Below are positions 10,264 to 19,765 of a stretch of 64,000 nucleotides of DNA, piece after piece. The notes beneath the pieces were generated by a model, which saw only the letters and a list, made by a program, of their open reading frames with translations, searched no databases and was not told the origin of the DNA. The stretch covers positions 132,813 to 196,812 of the forward strand of contig CAVUPH010000020.1 of assembly GCA_963743305.1 (NCBI GenBank), read 5' to 3'. Each line of letters begins with the position of its first letter. Position 1 is the stretch's first letter. Made by a program: the position numbers and the translations under genes. Source of the stretch: an uncultured delta proteobacterium. Its GTDB lineage: Bacteria; Desulfobacterota; RBG-13-43-22.

Positions 10264-11341
10264 ATGAAAGTATTGGCTTTGAACGCCAGTCCTCGAGGCG
10301 AAGGACAAAGCAAGACGGAATTTCTGTTAACTCTTCTAGTCCAAGGTATGCAGGAGGCCGGCGCTGAGGTAGAGGTCGTCGCGCTTCGCAAGAAAAAAAT
10401 CAAGTACTGCGTCGGCTGCTTCACCTGCTGGACCAAGACCCCGGGGGTCTGCATCCACCAGGACGACATGACCAACGAGTTGTTCCCCAAGTGGCTGGCG
10501 GCCGACCTGGTGGTCTATGCCTTCCCCCTGTACCATTACACCGTCAGCGCCGCCATGAAAACCTTTATCGAGCGCACCCTGCCGGTGGCCCTCCCGTTTT
10601 TTGAGCAGGGAGAGGCTGAGACCTATCACCCGCTGCGCCATGATTTTCCCAAGGCAGTGGTCTTGTCGGTGGCCGGTTTGCCGGAAATGTCCGTTTTTGA
10701 TCAGTTGTCCGCCTATATCCGTTTTCTCTTCGGATATCGAGCAAAAACATTGGTGGCGGAATTGTATCGGCCGGCGGCCGAAAGCCTGGCCACCCCGTTT
10801 TCCGGGAAAAGGCCCGGGAAATCCGGGAGGCCTTTGTGCAGGCCGGCCGGGAGATCGTCCAACAGGGTCATGGTCGCCCCGGAAACCATGGCCCTTCTGA
10901 CCCGGGACTTTATCGAAAACAAGGAAATGTTCACCCGAATGGGAAACGCTTTTTGGAAAACTTGCATTAGCGGAAGGGGTAACTCCCAGGGAATTTGAGG
11001 AAAGAGGTCTTGTCCCCCGGGCGGATTCCATTGAAACCTTTATGATGCTTTTGTCGATGGGCTTCAACCCCGAAGGAGCCGGGGACACCAAGGCCGTTAT
11101 TCAATTCAACTTTTCGGGGAAGTGGAAGGGCCCTGCTATTTCCGGATTGAAAACGGCCGGATTGAACCGCAAGTCGGGAAAGGCCGAGAAACCGGACCTG
11201 ACTATCGAAGCTCCTTTTGAGGTCTGGATGGACATCATGACCGGCAAGGCCGACGGCCAGCAGATGTTCATGGAACAGAAATACCGGGTGAACGGCGATC
11301 TGTCCTTGCTGATGCGGATGAACCAGTTTTTTGGGAAATAA
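10264..11341 (+). CDS. Flavodoxin-like NAD(P)H-dependent FMN reductase (iron-sulfur flavoprotein type) fused to SCP2 domain (frameshifts)
   Basis: MKVLALNASPR and CVGCFTCW...C motifs; DGQQMFMEQKYRVNGDLSLLMRM SCP2 tail. Confidence 0.75.
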
Positions 11342-11362
11342 ACCAAGCAAGTCAGGATCCTT

Positions 11363-11530
11363 AAATCCGAAATCCGAAGCACGAAATTCGAAACGAATTC
11401 GAATGATCAAAATCCAAATGAACGAAACATCTCCCCCCCCCTCCCTCGATGGGAGGGGGGCTTCGACATGAGCCCTTCGGCAGTGAGCTCAGGGCCGAAC
11501 TGCTCAGCCGAACGTCGGGGGGTGGGTGAA
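11363..11530. repeat. 7-nt-period tract (aaatccg/aaattcg) followed by nested REP palindromes
   Basis: aaatccgaaatccgaagcacgaaattcgaaac; ccctccctcgatgggaggggg interrupted by cttcgac..gctcag..gaac units. Confidence 0.7.
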
Positions 11531-11800
11531 TCCCGAATCTGAGCTAAAAAATTAAATGCTATTGGTTAAAAATTGGGCTGATTTTTCACCGGGGTCTTCT
11601 TTTCCGCGCCTCCTCCTCCCGAATAAACCCGATGACCTGCTCCGCTGTATATCCCCTCCGGGCCATACCTCCCATCCTTCCCGGCTCCTGAAAACTCTAT
11701 CTTAATTTCATTTCAGGAGCCGTTTAAAGGGGGCAGGTCAAGTTATCGGGATTTGTCTGGCAGACAGCCAATAACGGCCTCTACGGGTCTGGTAGCTCAT

Positions 11801-12289
11801 TTACGACCCGACAGGCGGTTCGTCCTTCAAAGCATCCGCAAACTTCCGCATGAGTCGCACCAGCTCATCGATGTCGTCTGCGTCCCACGTCTGGAAAATG
11901 GCGCGGCCAATCCTCTCGCGCGCGGCGTCGATGAGGTTGGTCATTGCCTTGCCTTTCGGGGTGATGTTGGCCTCGCGCACGCGGTGGTCGGTGGCTCTTC
12001 CCCGACGCTCCACCAGACCCAGGCTTTCGAGCTTGGCGACCTGACGGCTGACGGTGGTGTAGTTCCGCCCCGCGCGGTCGGCCAATTCCACCACGCCGAT
12101 CGGACCCAAGCGCTCGATGCCGACCAGCAGCGGAAACAGGGCGCGATCGAGCGCTAGGCCGGCTTCCCGAACAAGCCTCTCGTCACCTTGCGGGCGGTTC
12201 ATGACGCTGACGATGTCGATCAGCGCCCCGTGCAACGTTCGGATCTGTTCGGAAATATGTGCATAATGCACTTTTTTTCTTGACGGCAT
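11801..12289 (-). CDS. MarR family transcriptional regulator
   Basis: VVELADRAGRNYTTVSRQVAKLESLGLVER...DHRVREANITPKG wHTH; GGAGG RBS. Confidence 0.9.
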   Translation of the reverse strand: MPSRKKVHYAHISEQIRTLHGALIDIVSVMNRPQGDERLVREAGLALDRALFPLLVGIERLGPIGVVELADRAGRNYTTVSRQVAKLESLGLVERRGRATDHRVREANITPKGKAMTNLIDAARERIGRAIFQTWDADDIDELVRLMRKFADALKDEPPVGS

Positions 12290-12302
12290 CGGGGCCTCCT
12301 GG

Positions 12303-12325
12303 TATATGTGCATTATACACATATA
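12303..12325. promoter_or_regulatory. Probable MarR operator palindrome
   Basis: TATATGTG-cattata-CACATATA in the divergent region; related GTGCAT-A-ATGCAC at 12259-12271. Confidence 0.65.
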
Positions 12326-12493
12326 ATGGGGAAAGGAAAGGAAAAACGCCATGAACGCCGCAATCGCGCGAGGAACCGGGCCGGCGCCCGTCCCGGGGGA
12401 TTTTGCCGGGCCCGGGCCGCACTCCGGCGGGAACCGCCCGCCGGATCGAGGGGAGGGGCCCAAAATCCGGCATCGAAAGGGGGGGCTGGATTT

Positions 12494-12991
12494 ATGCCTA
12501 AGCTGATTCCGTTGCGCAACTGGGCGACACCGATGACCATCGGCGCCTTCTTCCTGATGTCGGCGACCGGCGTTCTGATGTTCTTCGAATGGGAACGGGG
12601 GCTGACGACCGTGGTGCATCAATGGTTCTCGTGGCTCTTTCTCGCCGGTGCCGGCGGTCACATCGCAGCCAATGTCCGCCCGTTCAAAAATCATCTCCAA
12701 TCCCGCTGGGGTAAAGCCAGTGTCGCCGCATTCCTGGTTGTCCTGGTTGCCTCCTTCTTCTCCTGGGGGCTCATAACCGGCCCCCAGTTGGCGAGACCCA
12801 TTGAACGAGCCTTGGTCGATGCCCCGCTGTCGGCTCTGGCGGCCGTGACCCGCACCGCGCCGGAGGCCCTAATGCGCAGGCTGAAGGCGCAGGGGATTGT
12901 CGCGACCGGACAGCAATCCATTCGCGACCTCTCCGGCGAGCACGGCCTAAGCGAGGACCGTTTGCTCGCGGTCGTGTTCCTGCCCGAATGA
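12494..12991 (+). CDS. DUF4405-like membrane protein (cytochrome b-like His pair)
   Basis: WATPMTIGAFFLMSATGVLMFF...VHQW...GHIAAN. Confidence 0.7.
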   Translation: MPKLIPLRNWATPMTIGAFFLMSATGVLMFFEWERGLTTVVHQWFSWLFLAGAGGHIAANVRPFKNHLQSRWGKASVAAFLVVLVASFFSWGLITGPQLARPIERALVDAPLSALAAVTRTAPEALMRRLKAQGIVATGQQSIRDLSGEHGLSEDRLLAVVFLPE

Positions 12992-13274
12992 GGATATCCC
13001 GCTCCGCCAGGTCCGCCACCTACGACTGTCATAGGCTCGGTGCTGCCGGACGGTCGATGCGCCTCCGAGTTCAGGCATCAGGTACCGAGAGGCATTTCTT
13101 CAAAAAAAAATCCTCTGGCACTTCTCAGGAGTCTACGCGCGTTAAAAATCAGAAGCAATTGGCGCCAAACCCAATTCATCACGCACTTTCACGATTGAAC
13201 GAGCCGGTATCCGGTTGCCGGGAGAGGTGGGTTCAAATCGACCCGGTCTGAGCACTAGCAGGCTCAAAAGTATT

Positions 13275-14825
13275 TTAAAAGCACCCCGGGGAGTTGGGGG
13301 TGTTGAAAGCAGGAAATTCTGAATCGATCGGCTCCTGCCCCTCCCCGGCTTTCAATTCCGTCTTTTCTTCCCTTTCCACCAGGTCCGGCTTGCGGGCGGC
13401 CAGGACCTCGTCCAAGCGTCCTACCGGCGTGGTGTGCGGCGCGGTCCGCAGCGATTCCGGGTCGGTTTCGGCCGTCCGGGCGATGTGCTCCATCGCTGCG
13501 ACGAAGGCGTCCAAATTCTCTCGGTTCTCGGTTTCGGTGGGCTCGATCATCAGGGCCTCCTTGACTACCAGCGGGAAATAGATCGTCGGGGGATGAAAGC
13601 CCTCGTCGATCAGGGCCTTGGCAATATCGACCGCCCGAACCCCGTACCGCTCGGCCTTGTCGGCCGCCGAGAAAACCACCTCGTGCAGGCAGTGCCCTTC
13701 CACGGCCGGTTGCCAGTTTTCAGACAGTTTTACCCGCAGGTAGTTGGCCGCCAGGACCGCGTCCTCGGCCACTTTTTTGAGACCCGGCCCCCCCAGGGCC
13801 AAAATATAGGCGTAGGCCTTGAGAATGACGCCGAAGTTGCCGTAGAAGGGCGCGATGTAGCCGATGGATTTCGGACGGTCATAGTCCAGGAAAAACGTTC
13901 CGTCGGCCCGCTGGACCACCCGGGAGACGGGCAGGTATTCGGTCAGCTTTTCCACCACCCCCACCGGGCCGGCCCCGGGACCGCCTCCCCCGTGGGGGGT
14001 CCCGAAGGTCTTGTGCAGATTCAAGTGGACGATATCAAAACCCAGATCCGCGGGTTTGGCCCGGCCCAGAATGGCGTTCAAGTTGGCCCCGTCGTAGTAC
14101 ATGAGGGCGTCGAACCGGTGGGCCGCGTCCGCTATCCGCTTGATGAAGGGGTTGAAGAGGCCGAGGGTGTTGGGGTTGGTCATCATCACCCCGGCGACGC
14201 GGTCGTTCAGCCGGTCCTCGAAGGTTTCCGGGGTCATGATTCCCTTGACCGTCGGCACGGGCAGCACCTCATACCCGGCAATGGCCGCACTGGCCGGATT
14301 GGTGCCGTGCGACTCATCCGGGGCCAGGATAATCGATTTATCGTTTCCCCGGTCCCGATGGTAGGCGGCCATCAACATCAGGCCGGTGAGTTCCCCGTGG
14401 GCTCCGGCCAGTGGCTGCAGGGTAAAGGCGTCCATGCCGGTAATCCGGCTCAGGAGCTGCTCGGTGTCGTAAAGGACCTGCAGCGCCCCCTGGGCCAGCA
14501 GACCGCCTCTTCGCAGTTGGGGCAGCAGGGGGTGGAGCTGGGCAAAGCCGGGAAGCCGGACCATTTCCTCCGTAAATTTCGGGTTGTATTTCATGGTGCA
14601 GGAACCCAGGGGGTAGGTCCCTACGTCGACCCCGAAATTGAGCCGGGAAAGATTGGTGAAGTGGCGCACCACGTCCACCTCAGCCATTTCCGGCAGCTCT
14701 GCCGGCCTGCTTCGGGAAAGTTCCGCTGGAAGCCGGCTAGCGGTAAAGGCCTCCGCCAGGATCCGCGGCCGGGGAAACATGACGGCCTGGCGGCCGGGAC
14801 GGCTTTTCTGGAAAATGGTTTTCAT
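13275..14825 (-). CDS. gcvPB: Glycine dehydrogenase subunit 2
   Basis: YPLGSCTMKYNP, QPLAGAHGE, HGTNPASA and HLNLHKTFGTPHGGGGPG motifs. Confidence 0.96.
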   Translation of the reverse strand: MKTIFQKSRPGRQAVMFPRPRILAEAFTASRLPAELSRSRPAELPEMAEVDVVRHFTNLSRLNFGVDVGTYPLGSCTMKYNPKFTEEMVRLPGFAQLHPLLPQLRRGGLLAQGALQVLYDTEQLLSRITGMDAFTLQPLAGAHGELTGLMLMAAYHRDRGNDKSIILAPDESHGTNPASAAIAGYEVLPVPTVKGIMTPETFEDRLNDRVAGVMMTNPNTLGLFNPFIKRIADAAHRFDALMYYDGANLNAILGRAKPADLGFDIVHLNLHKTFGTPHGGGGPGAGPVGVVEKLTEYLPVSRVVQRADGTFFLDYDRPKSIGYIAPFYGNFGVILKAYAYILALGGPGLKKVAEDAVLAANYLRVKLSENWQPAVEGHCLHEVVFSAADKAERYGVRAVDIAKALIDEGFHPPTIYFPLVVKEALMIEPTETENRENLDAFVAAMEHIARTAETDPESLRTAPHTTPVGRLDEVLAARKPDLVEREEKTELKAGEGQEPIDSEFPAFNTPNSPGCF

Positions 14826-16141
14826 AGTACCGCCTCCAGGGCTTCGGCGAAACGGCCGATCTCTTCCTTGGTCCGTTTTTCCGTGACGGTTACCAGTAAA
14901 TTATCCGCTTGATCCGGATAATAGCGCCCCAGGGGAAAGCCGGCGGCAAACCCCTTATCGATCAACCGGCTGACCGCCAAGCGGGCATCCAGGGGAAGCC
15001 GGAGGCGAAACTCGTTGAACCAGGGGCCTCGGTCCACCAGCGCCACTCCCGGGATGGCGGTCAAACGGGAACGGGCATAGGCCGCCAGAGCCAGGTTGAG
15101 CCGGGCCAGTTCCACCAGCCCGTTTTTTCCCAACAGACACAAGTGGATCAGAGCGGCCACGGCGCAAAGGGCTTGATTGGTGCAGATGTTGCTGGTGGCC
15201 TTTTCCCGGCGGATGTGCTGTTCCCGGGTTTGGAGGGTCAGGCAATAGCCGGTGCGTCCCTGCCCGTCCTTGGTGCGGCCCACCACCCGTCCGGGCATGG
15301 ACCGGATCAATTCCTGGCGGACGGCCATGATTCCCAGGTAAGGCCCGCCGAAAGAAAGGGGCAATCCCAGGGACTGGCCCTCCCCTACGGCGATGTCCGC
15401 ACCCATCTCCGCCGGCGTCTTACAAAGGCCCAGGGCCACCGGATAGCAGTTGAGGATGGCCAGGGCCCCCAGTTCATGGGCCTTGGAAAAATGAGTGGAA
15501 AAATCATGGAGGCGGCCGAAAAAGTCGGGGTTCTGCAGGATAACGGCGGCGGTGGCCTTATTGATAAAAGATTCGAGTGCGGCCGGATCTTCGAGGTCTT
15601 CTTCCACCAGATCGATCTTCAGGTTGGCGGTATACGATCGGAGCATGACCCGATAGATGGGGTTGACCGAGGTGCAGACCAGCAGTCGCCGCCGTCCGGT
15701 CCGGCGGACGGCGATCATGGCCGCCTCGAACAGGGCTGTCCCCCCGTCATAGAGCGAGGCGTTGGCGGCGTCCAGGCCGGTCAGGCGGCAGACGGCCGTC
15801 TGGTATTCGTAAATCGCCTGCAGGGTCCCCTGGGATATTTCCGCCTGATAGGGGGTATAGACCGTGTAAAATTCGCCGCGGCGGATCAGGGCATCCACGG
15901 CGGCCGGAGTGAAATGGTCGTAAAACCCCGCGCCCAGGAAACCGATCAGGCGATGGGCATTCAGGCCGGCCAGATACCGGAGGTGGTCCGTGACCTCCAA
16001 TTCGCTCAGGGGCTCGGGAAGATCCCAGGTTTTCGCTTGCAGTTCCTCGGGGATGACTGCAAAGAGTTCATCCACGGAATCAAGCCCCAGGACTCCTAGC
16101 ATCCCGGCCCGATCCCTGTCGGTGTGAGGGGTGAAGTCCAA
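14822..16141 (-). CDS. gcvPA: Glycine dehydrogenase subunit 1
   Basis: YTPYQAEISQGTLQ and TREQHIRREKATSNICTNQAL motifs. Confidence 0.96.
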   Translation of the reverse strand: MDFTPHTDRDRAGMLGVLGLDSVDELFAVIPEELQAKTWDLPEPLSELEVTDHLRYLAGLNAHRLIGFLGAGFYDHFTPAAVDALIRRGEFYTVYTPYQAEISQGTLQAIYEYQTAVCRLTGLDAANASLYDGGTALFEAAMIAVRRTGRRRLLVCTSVNPIYRVMLRSYTANLKIDLVEEDLEDPAALESFINKATAAVILQNPDFFGRLHDFSTHFSKAHELGALAILNCYPVALGLCKTPAEMGADIAVGEGQSLGLPLSFGGPYLGIMAVRQELIRSMPGRVVGRTKDGQGRTGYCLTLQTREQHIRREKATSNICTNQALCAVAALIHLCLLGKNGLVELARLNLALAAYARSRLTAIPGVALVDRGPWFNEFRLRLPLDARLAVSRLIDKGFAAGFPLGRYYPDQADNLLVTVTEKRTKEEIGRFAEALEAVL

Positions 16142-16144
16142 GGG

Positions 16145-16540
16145 TCAGACCCCTTTCTCCAGAAAGTCCCGGTAACCCCGGGCGGACATCAGTTCCGCCA
16201 CCTCTTCCGGATTGAATTCCTTGAGCTTGACCAGCCAGCCGCGGCCGTAACAATCCTGGTTGATCCATTCCGGATGCTCTCCCAGGTCTGAGTTAACTTC
16301 CGCCACTTCACCGGAAAGGGGAGCGTAAAAGTCCGCCGCCGTCTTGACGGATTCGATGGTCCCCAATTCTCCCATTCGGTCGACCCGTCGGCCGACTTCC
16401 GGGAGATCCACATAGGTGATATCACCCAACTGCTGTTGGGCGTGGTCCGTTATCCCCACCCAGGCCAGGGCGCCCTCGATTTTCACCCATTCATGCTCGG
16501 AGGTGTAGGTCAATTCTTCCGGAATCAAAATTTGCGTCAT
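16145..16540 (-). CDS. gcvH: Glycine cleavage system H protein
   Basis: HEWV, GITDHAQQQLGDI and IESVKTA (lipoyl Lys) motifs. Confidence 0.96.
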   Translation of the reverse strand: MTQILIPEELTYTSEHEWVKIEGALAWVGITDHAQQQLGDITYVDLPEVGRRVDRMGELGTIESVKTAADFYAPLSGEVAEVNSDLGEHPEWINQDCYGRGWLVKLKEFNPEEVAELMSARGYRDFLEKGV

Positions 16541-16579
16541 ATCGCTTCCTCCCTCTTAAATCCGATCTACCATCAGTAA

Positions 16580-16970
16580 TGACAACCTCGCAAAAAGTCC
16601 AAAAATCTGTCATGGCGAGCGAAGGGAAGCAATCCCCACCATAGTAGCTAGCTGATTCTGGGGGGGATTGCTTCGTCGCTTCACTCCTCGCAATGACAGC
16701 GCTGGGGACTTTTTGCGAACATATCAGTTATGGCGACCTCGCAAAAAGTCCAAAAAACGACTTTCTGCTCGGCGGGGGAGGGGAAGCCCTCCCCCGCCAT
16801 TTGAAGTGAATTCAAATGGTTCCACCCTCACCCCAGCCCGGCGCTTAATCGCGCTCGGGCTGTTGATGGACTTTTTGCAAGTCCATCAGATATGGCGACC
16901 TCGAAAAAAGCCCGTCAGTCACGGTTTGTCATTCTGAGTCCCGCGACAACGCGGGGCTCAGGATGACGGC
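16580..16970. mobile_element. Tandem array of three TIR-bounded MITE-like units
   Basis: Units 16580-16726, 16731-16888 and 16893-~16970; left ends TGRCRACCTCG(C/A)AAAAAGYCC; right ends GGACTTTTTGC..ATCA on the first two units. Confidence 0.75.
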
Positions 16971-17012
16971 AGGCGAAGGGCTCGGGACGACTGGCGCTGG
17001 GCCCAGAATCTT

Positions 17013-18191
17013 CTAATCGGAAAAAGCCCTCAGATATTGGCCCTCCCTTTTCAGAAAGCGGGGAACGATTTCCCCCGGGAGTTCCTTCTCCCGATACTCA
17101 ATGGTTACCCGATCCCCCGGGCGTTGGTTTCGGTCCAGATAGGCCAGGCCGATAGCCCGGATAAAGGTTTCTTCCCCGGGTCGGGACCCGTCGAATTCCC
17201 AGGCGGGGACCATCGTTCCGCTGGTCAATTCCCCCACTATCCGATCGTTAAATCGAACGGTCGATCCCTGCCGAATCATGCCTTTTCCCCGTACCTGCAC
17301 TTTCATAATCCTCCGGGGGACCAGGCTGAACGCCTCTGACCCTAGTTCCGCCGCCTGGGCGGCCAGGGCCTCCCGGCCCGGGAAATCACTCCGCTCCCGG
17401 GTCAGGCTTACGCCGCGCAGCGCCTGGGGTAAAGAAAGTAGAGGCCGCTCCGGGCGGAGTTCCTGCCCGTACAGCGGCAACCCGGCCTCCAGGCGCAGGG
17501 TGTCGCGGGCGCCCAAACCGGCGGGAAGGACACCCAGGGAATCCCCGGTCTTGACCAGGGTATCCCAAAAAGCACCCAAGGCATCGGTTGGAAGCATTAC
17601 TTCGAAGCCGACCGGTTCACCGGTGTAACCGGTTCGGGCGGTCAGCAATTCCAGCTTCCGCCAGCGAGACGTGGCGGTATGGCCGAACCCGGAGGGGGGG
17701 AGCCCTTCCACCCCTGACGCGGCTAGAAGCGCCTCGCTCTTTGGGCCCTGAACGGCCACCATCGACAACTCGGCGGTGACATCTTGAAGTCCCTTCTCGG
17801 ATCCCGCTTGTCGGTTAAGGATTTCCCAGTCCCTTTCCCGGTTGGCCGCGTTGACCACCAGCAGCGTTTTTTCCGGTGTGAATTGATAGAGGTAGGCATC
17901 GTCCAGCGGCCGCCCCTGCTCATCGGAAAACAGGGTGTATTGAGAAAAACCCGGTCGTAGACGGGAAGCGTCGTTGGTCAAGGTCCGGGTAAGGAGGGCC
18001 AACCCCTCCGGCCCTTTGATTAGGAAGCGGCCCAGGTGGCTGATATCGAACAGGGCGCCGAATTTCCGGCAGGCCAGGTGCTCGGCGAGGATGCCGGGAG
18101 GATAGCTGACCGGCAAGCTCCATCCGGCGAATTCGGCCATTCGCCCCTTATGGGCCTCATGCCAGGCATCCAGGGGAGTACGGTGAACCAA
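17013..18191 (-). CDS. gcvT: Aminomethyltransferase (glycine cleavage T protein)
   Basis: EFAGWSLP, LFDISHLG, RTGYTGE and GLGARDTLRLEAGLPLYG motifs. Confidence 0.95.
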   Translation of the reverse strand: MVHRTPLDAWHEAHKGRMAEFAGWSLPVSYPPGILAEHLACRKFGALFDISHLGRFLIKGPEGLALLTRTLTNDASRLRPGFSQYTLFSDEQGRPLDDAYLYQFTPEKTLLVVNAANRERDWEILNRQAGSEKGLQDVTAELSMVAVQGPKSEALLAASGVEGLPPSGFGHTATSRWRKLELLTARTGYTGEPVGFEVMLPTDALGAFWDTLVKTGDSLGVLPAGLGARDTLRLEAGLPLYGQELRPERPLLSLPQALRGVSLTRERSDFPGREALAAQAAELGSEAFSLVPRRIMKVQVRGKGMIRQGSTVRFNDRIVGELTSGTMVPAWEFDGSRPGEETFIRAIGLAYLDRNQRPGDRVTIEYREKELPGEIVPRFLKREGQYLRAFSD

Positions 18192-18218
18192 TAGGACCTC
18201 CCTTCTTGCGGGGAAAGA

Positions 18219-18749
18219 CTATTTGAACTTCGAGATGGCCGCTTTGAGGGCCTTTTCCACCTCTTTCCAGGCGCCCTCGATCCCCGTCTTCAGGTCTTCC
18301 CAGGCCCCTCCCGATGACTGGTGGAGTTCATCCAACTTGGCGCGAGCGTTTTTCTGTTTGACTTGCAGGTCGTCGATCAGTTTGCGGTATTCGTTTTTGG
18401 CCTCAGCGGCCGCCTGTTCCGCTTTAGCCTTCAGCCGGTCAATTTCCGGCTTCCATTCGTCAAATTGGGCCTGTAACCGTTGAATGTAGACTTCCTTTAA
18501 ACCGGGCGGCTCTTTTCCTTCAAAAGGGTTATACCCAGGCTTTTTGTACAAGCGGGCCTCGTTCCCTAGTATGTCCGGGCGATAGACCTTTTCGGCCCAT
18601 TCGGAAGGTTCCACCTCCTCAAAGGCTACCGACACGGTCTTTTCTTCACAAACGGCAATCTCCATGACCTCTCGGGTGACGGCCTCGGCCAGCCGTTTCT
18701 TCTGGTCCTCGGTCCGGCCGGGATGCAGTTTAATGATTACATGTGGCAT
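18219..18749 (-). CDS. PptA-like tautomerase fused to a coiled-coil domain
   Basis: N-terminal PHVIIKL..GRT..QK...LYKKPGY; C-terminal YIQRLQAQFDEW...AWEDLKTG. Confidence 0.75.
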   Translation of the reverse strand: MPHVIIKLHPGRTEDQKKRLAEAVTREVMEIAVCEEKTVSVAFEEVEPSEWAEKVYRPDILGNEARLYKKPGYNPFEGKEPPGLKEVYIQRLQAQFDEWKPEIDRLKAKAEQAAAEAKNEYRKLIDDLQVKQKNARAKLDELHQSSGGAWEDLKTGIEGAWKEVEKALKAAISKFK

Positions 18750-18882
18750 GTGGATGTCCTCCTCTCTTTATTTCATCTATACTAATACCACTTCTCTTAA
18801 TCCATTTCAAATTGTATATTCTTTCCCGGGGGCGCTTTTCGTCTTAAAGTATTTTATGGAAATATTAAGCCAACTAATTAAT

Positions 18883-19758
18883 CTAGCCAATTTTATAGGC
18901 TATGGTGGTCTTACTGACCCCAGGAATCAACCAACGCCCTTGACTAAACTGGCAGAGCCATTCCCCGGCCCCCCCGAAAAAAAAAGACGAAACCCTTCCC
19001 AGTCTGGAGGACGGCTTTGTCTTTCCAGAAATATAAGTTTTTATATCAATAAATCCAATAGTTGCAAGTTGTTTTTCAATAAAAAGTTTAGAAAAATCGA
19101 AGAGATGATAAGGGGTGTGATAAAGATCCAAGTTCCGGCTGAAAGGACCCAACAGGCGGACAATCGGGGTGGTATGAGGCCAACGAAGCAGCACTACTCC
19201 CCCCGGCCTTAAGAAACGAAAGACTTCCCGGAGCACCATTAGCGGATCCGGAAGATGTTCGATGACATAAAAGAGCGTTACCGCATCATAGCTATTTCCT
19301 GGAATTGAAGGATCAGGCAGGGGTGTGGATCGAATATTTAAGCCCGGGAAATGGCTCTGACAATAATTTCGGCCGGGTGGAGATATTTCGATGCCATCGG
19401 CCTGCCAGCCCCTATTGGCCATATATTGAAGAAAAAATCCATATCCGCTGCCCACGTCTAAAATCCTTCCGGGTTTACTCCGTTTTCCGATAATTTCGGC
19501 CGATTTTCGAATCACCTCCTCCTGGGACCGAGACCAGGACTGTATTTCATCCGGTTTCCCGGGCAGGTAGCTCTGATAAGCGGCGGTCAATTCCCGAGAA
19601 GAGGGCTGGGGGGCAATGAAGACTAAGGGACAGAATCCACACTGATAATAGGACCAGGAAGCCTTTTTCGCCACCAGTCGATCGGATGGAGTTCGGCAAA
19701 TCGGGCAGGGGGGAGGGAATATTTCTTTATTTTTATTATCAAAATCGATAAAATTCAT
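18883..19758 (-). CDS. Class I SAM-dependent methyltransferase with N-terminal Cys cluster
   Basis: CPIC...CGFC; ILDVGSGYG; YVIEHL; LRPGG. Confidence 0.85.
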   Translation of the reverse strand: MNFIDFDNKNKEIFPPPCPICRTPSDRLVAKKASWSYYQCGFCPLVFIAPQPSSRELTAAYQSYLPGKPDEIQSWSRSQEEVIRKSAEIIGKRSKPGRILDVGSGYGFFLQYMANRGWQADGIEISPPGRNYCQSHFPGLNIRSTPLPDPSIPGNSYDAVTLFYVIEHLPDPLMVLREVFRFLRPGGVVLLRWPHTTPIVRLLGPFSRNLDLYHTPYHLFDFSKLFIEKQLATIGFIDIKTYISGKTKPSSRLGRVSSFFFGGAGEWLCQFSQGRWLIPGVSKTTIAYKIG

Positions 19759-19765
19759 ATACTTT

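Noticed and set aside
13434-16099. Long plus-strand ORFs (492 and 396 aa) opposite gcvP, and similar antisense ORFs opposite serC, ettA, dprA and the DGC
   Set aside because: Shadow frames of GC-rich coding sequence with no recognisable motifs.
16571-16970. CRISPR array
   Set aside because: Only three units, with interiors of up to ~130 nt that are themselves palindromic repeats, and no cas genes.
18192-18880. Glycine riboswitch upstream of gcvT
   Set aside because: Only 27 nt separate gcvT from the upstream gene, and no aptamer motif is visible further upstream.
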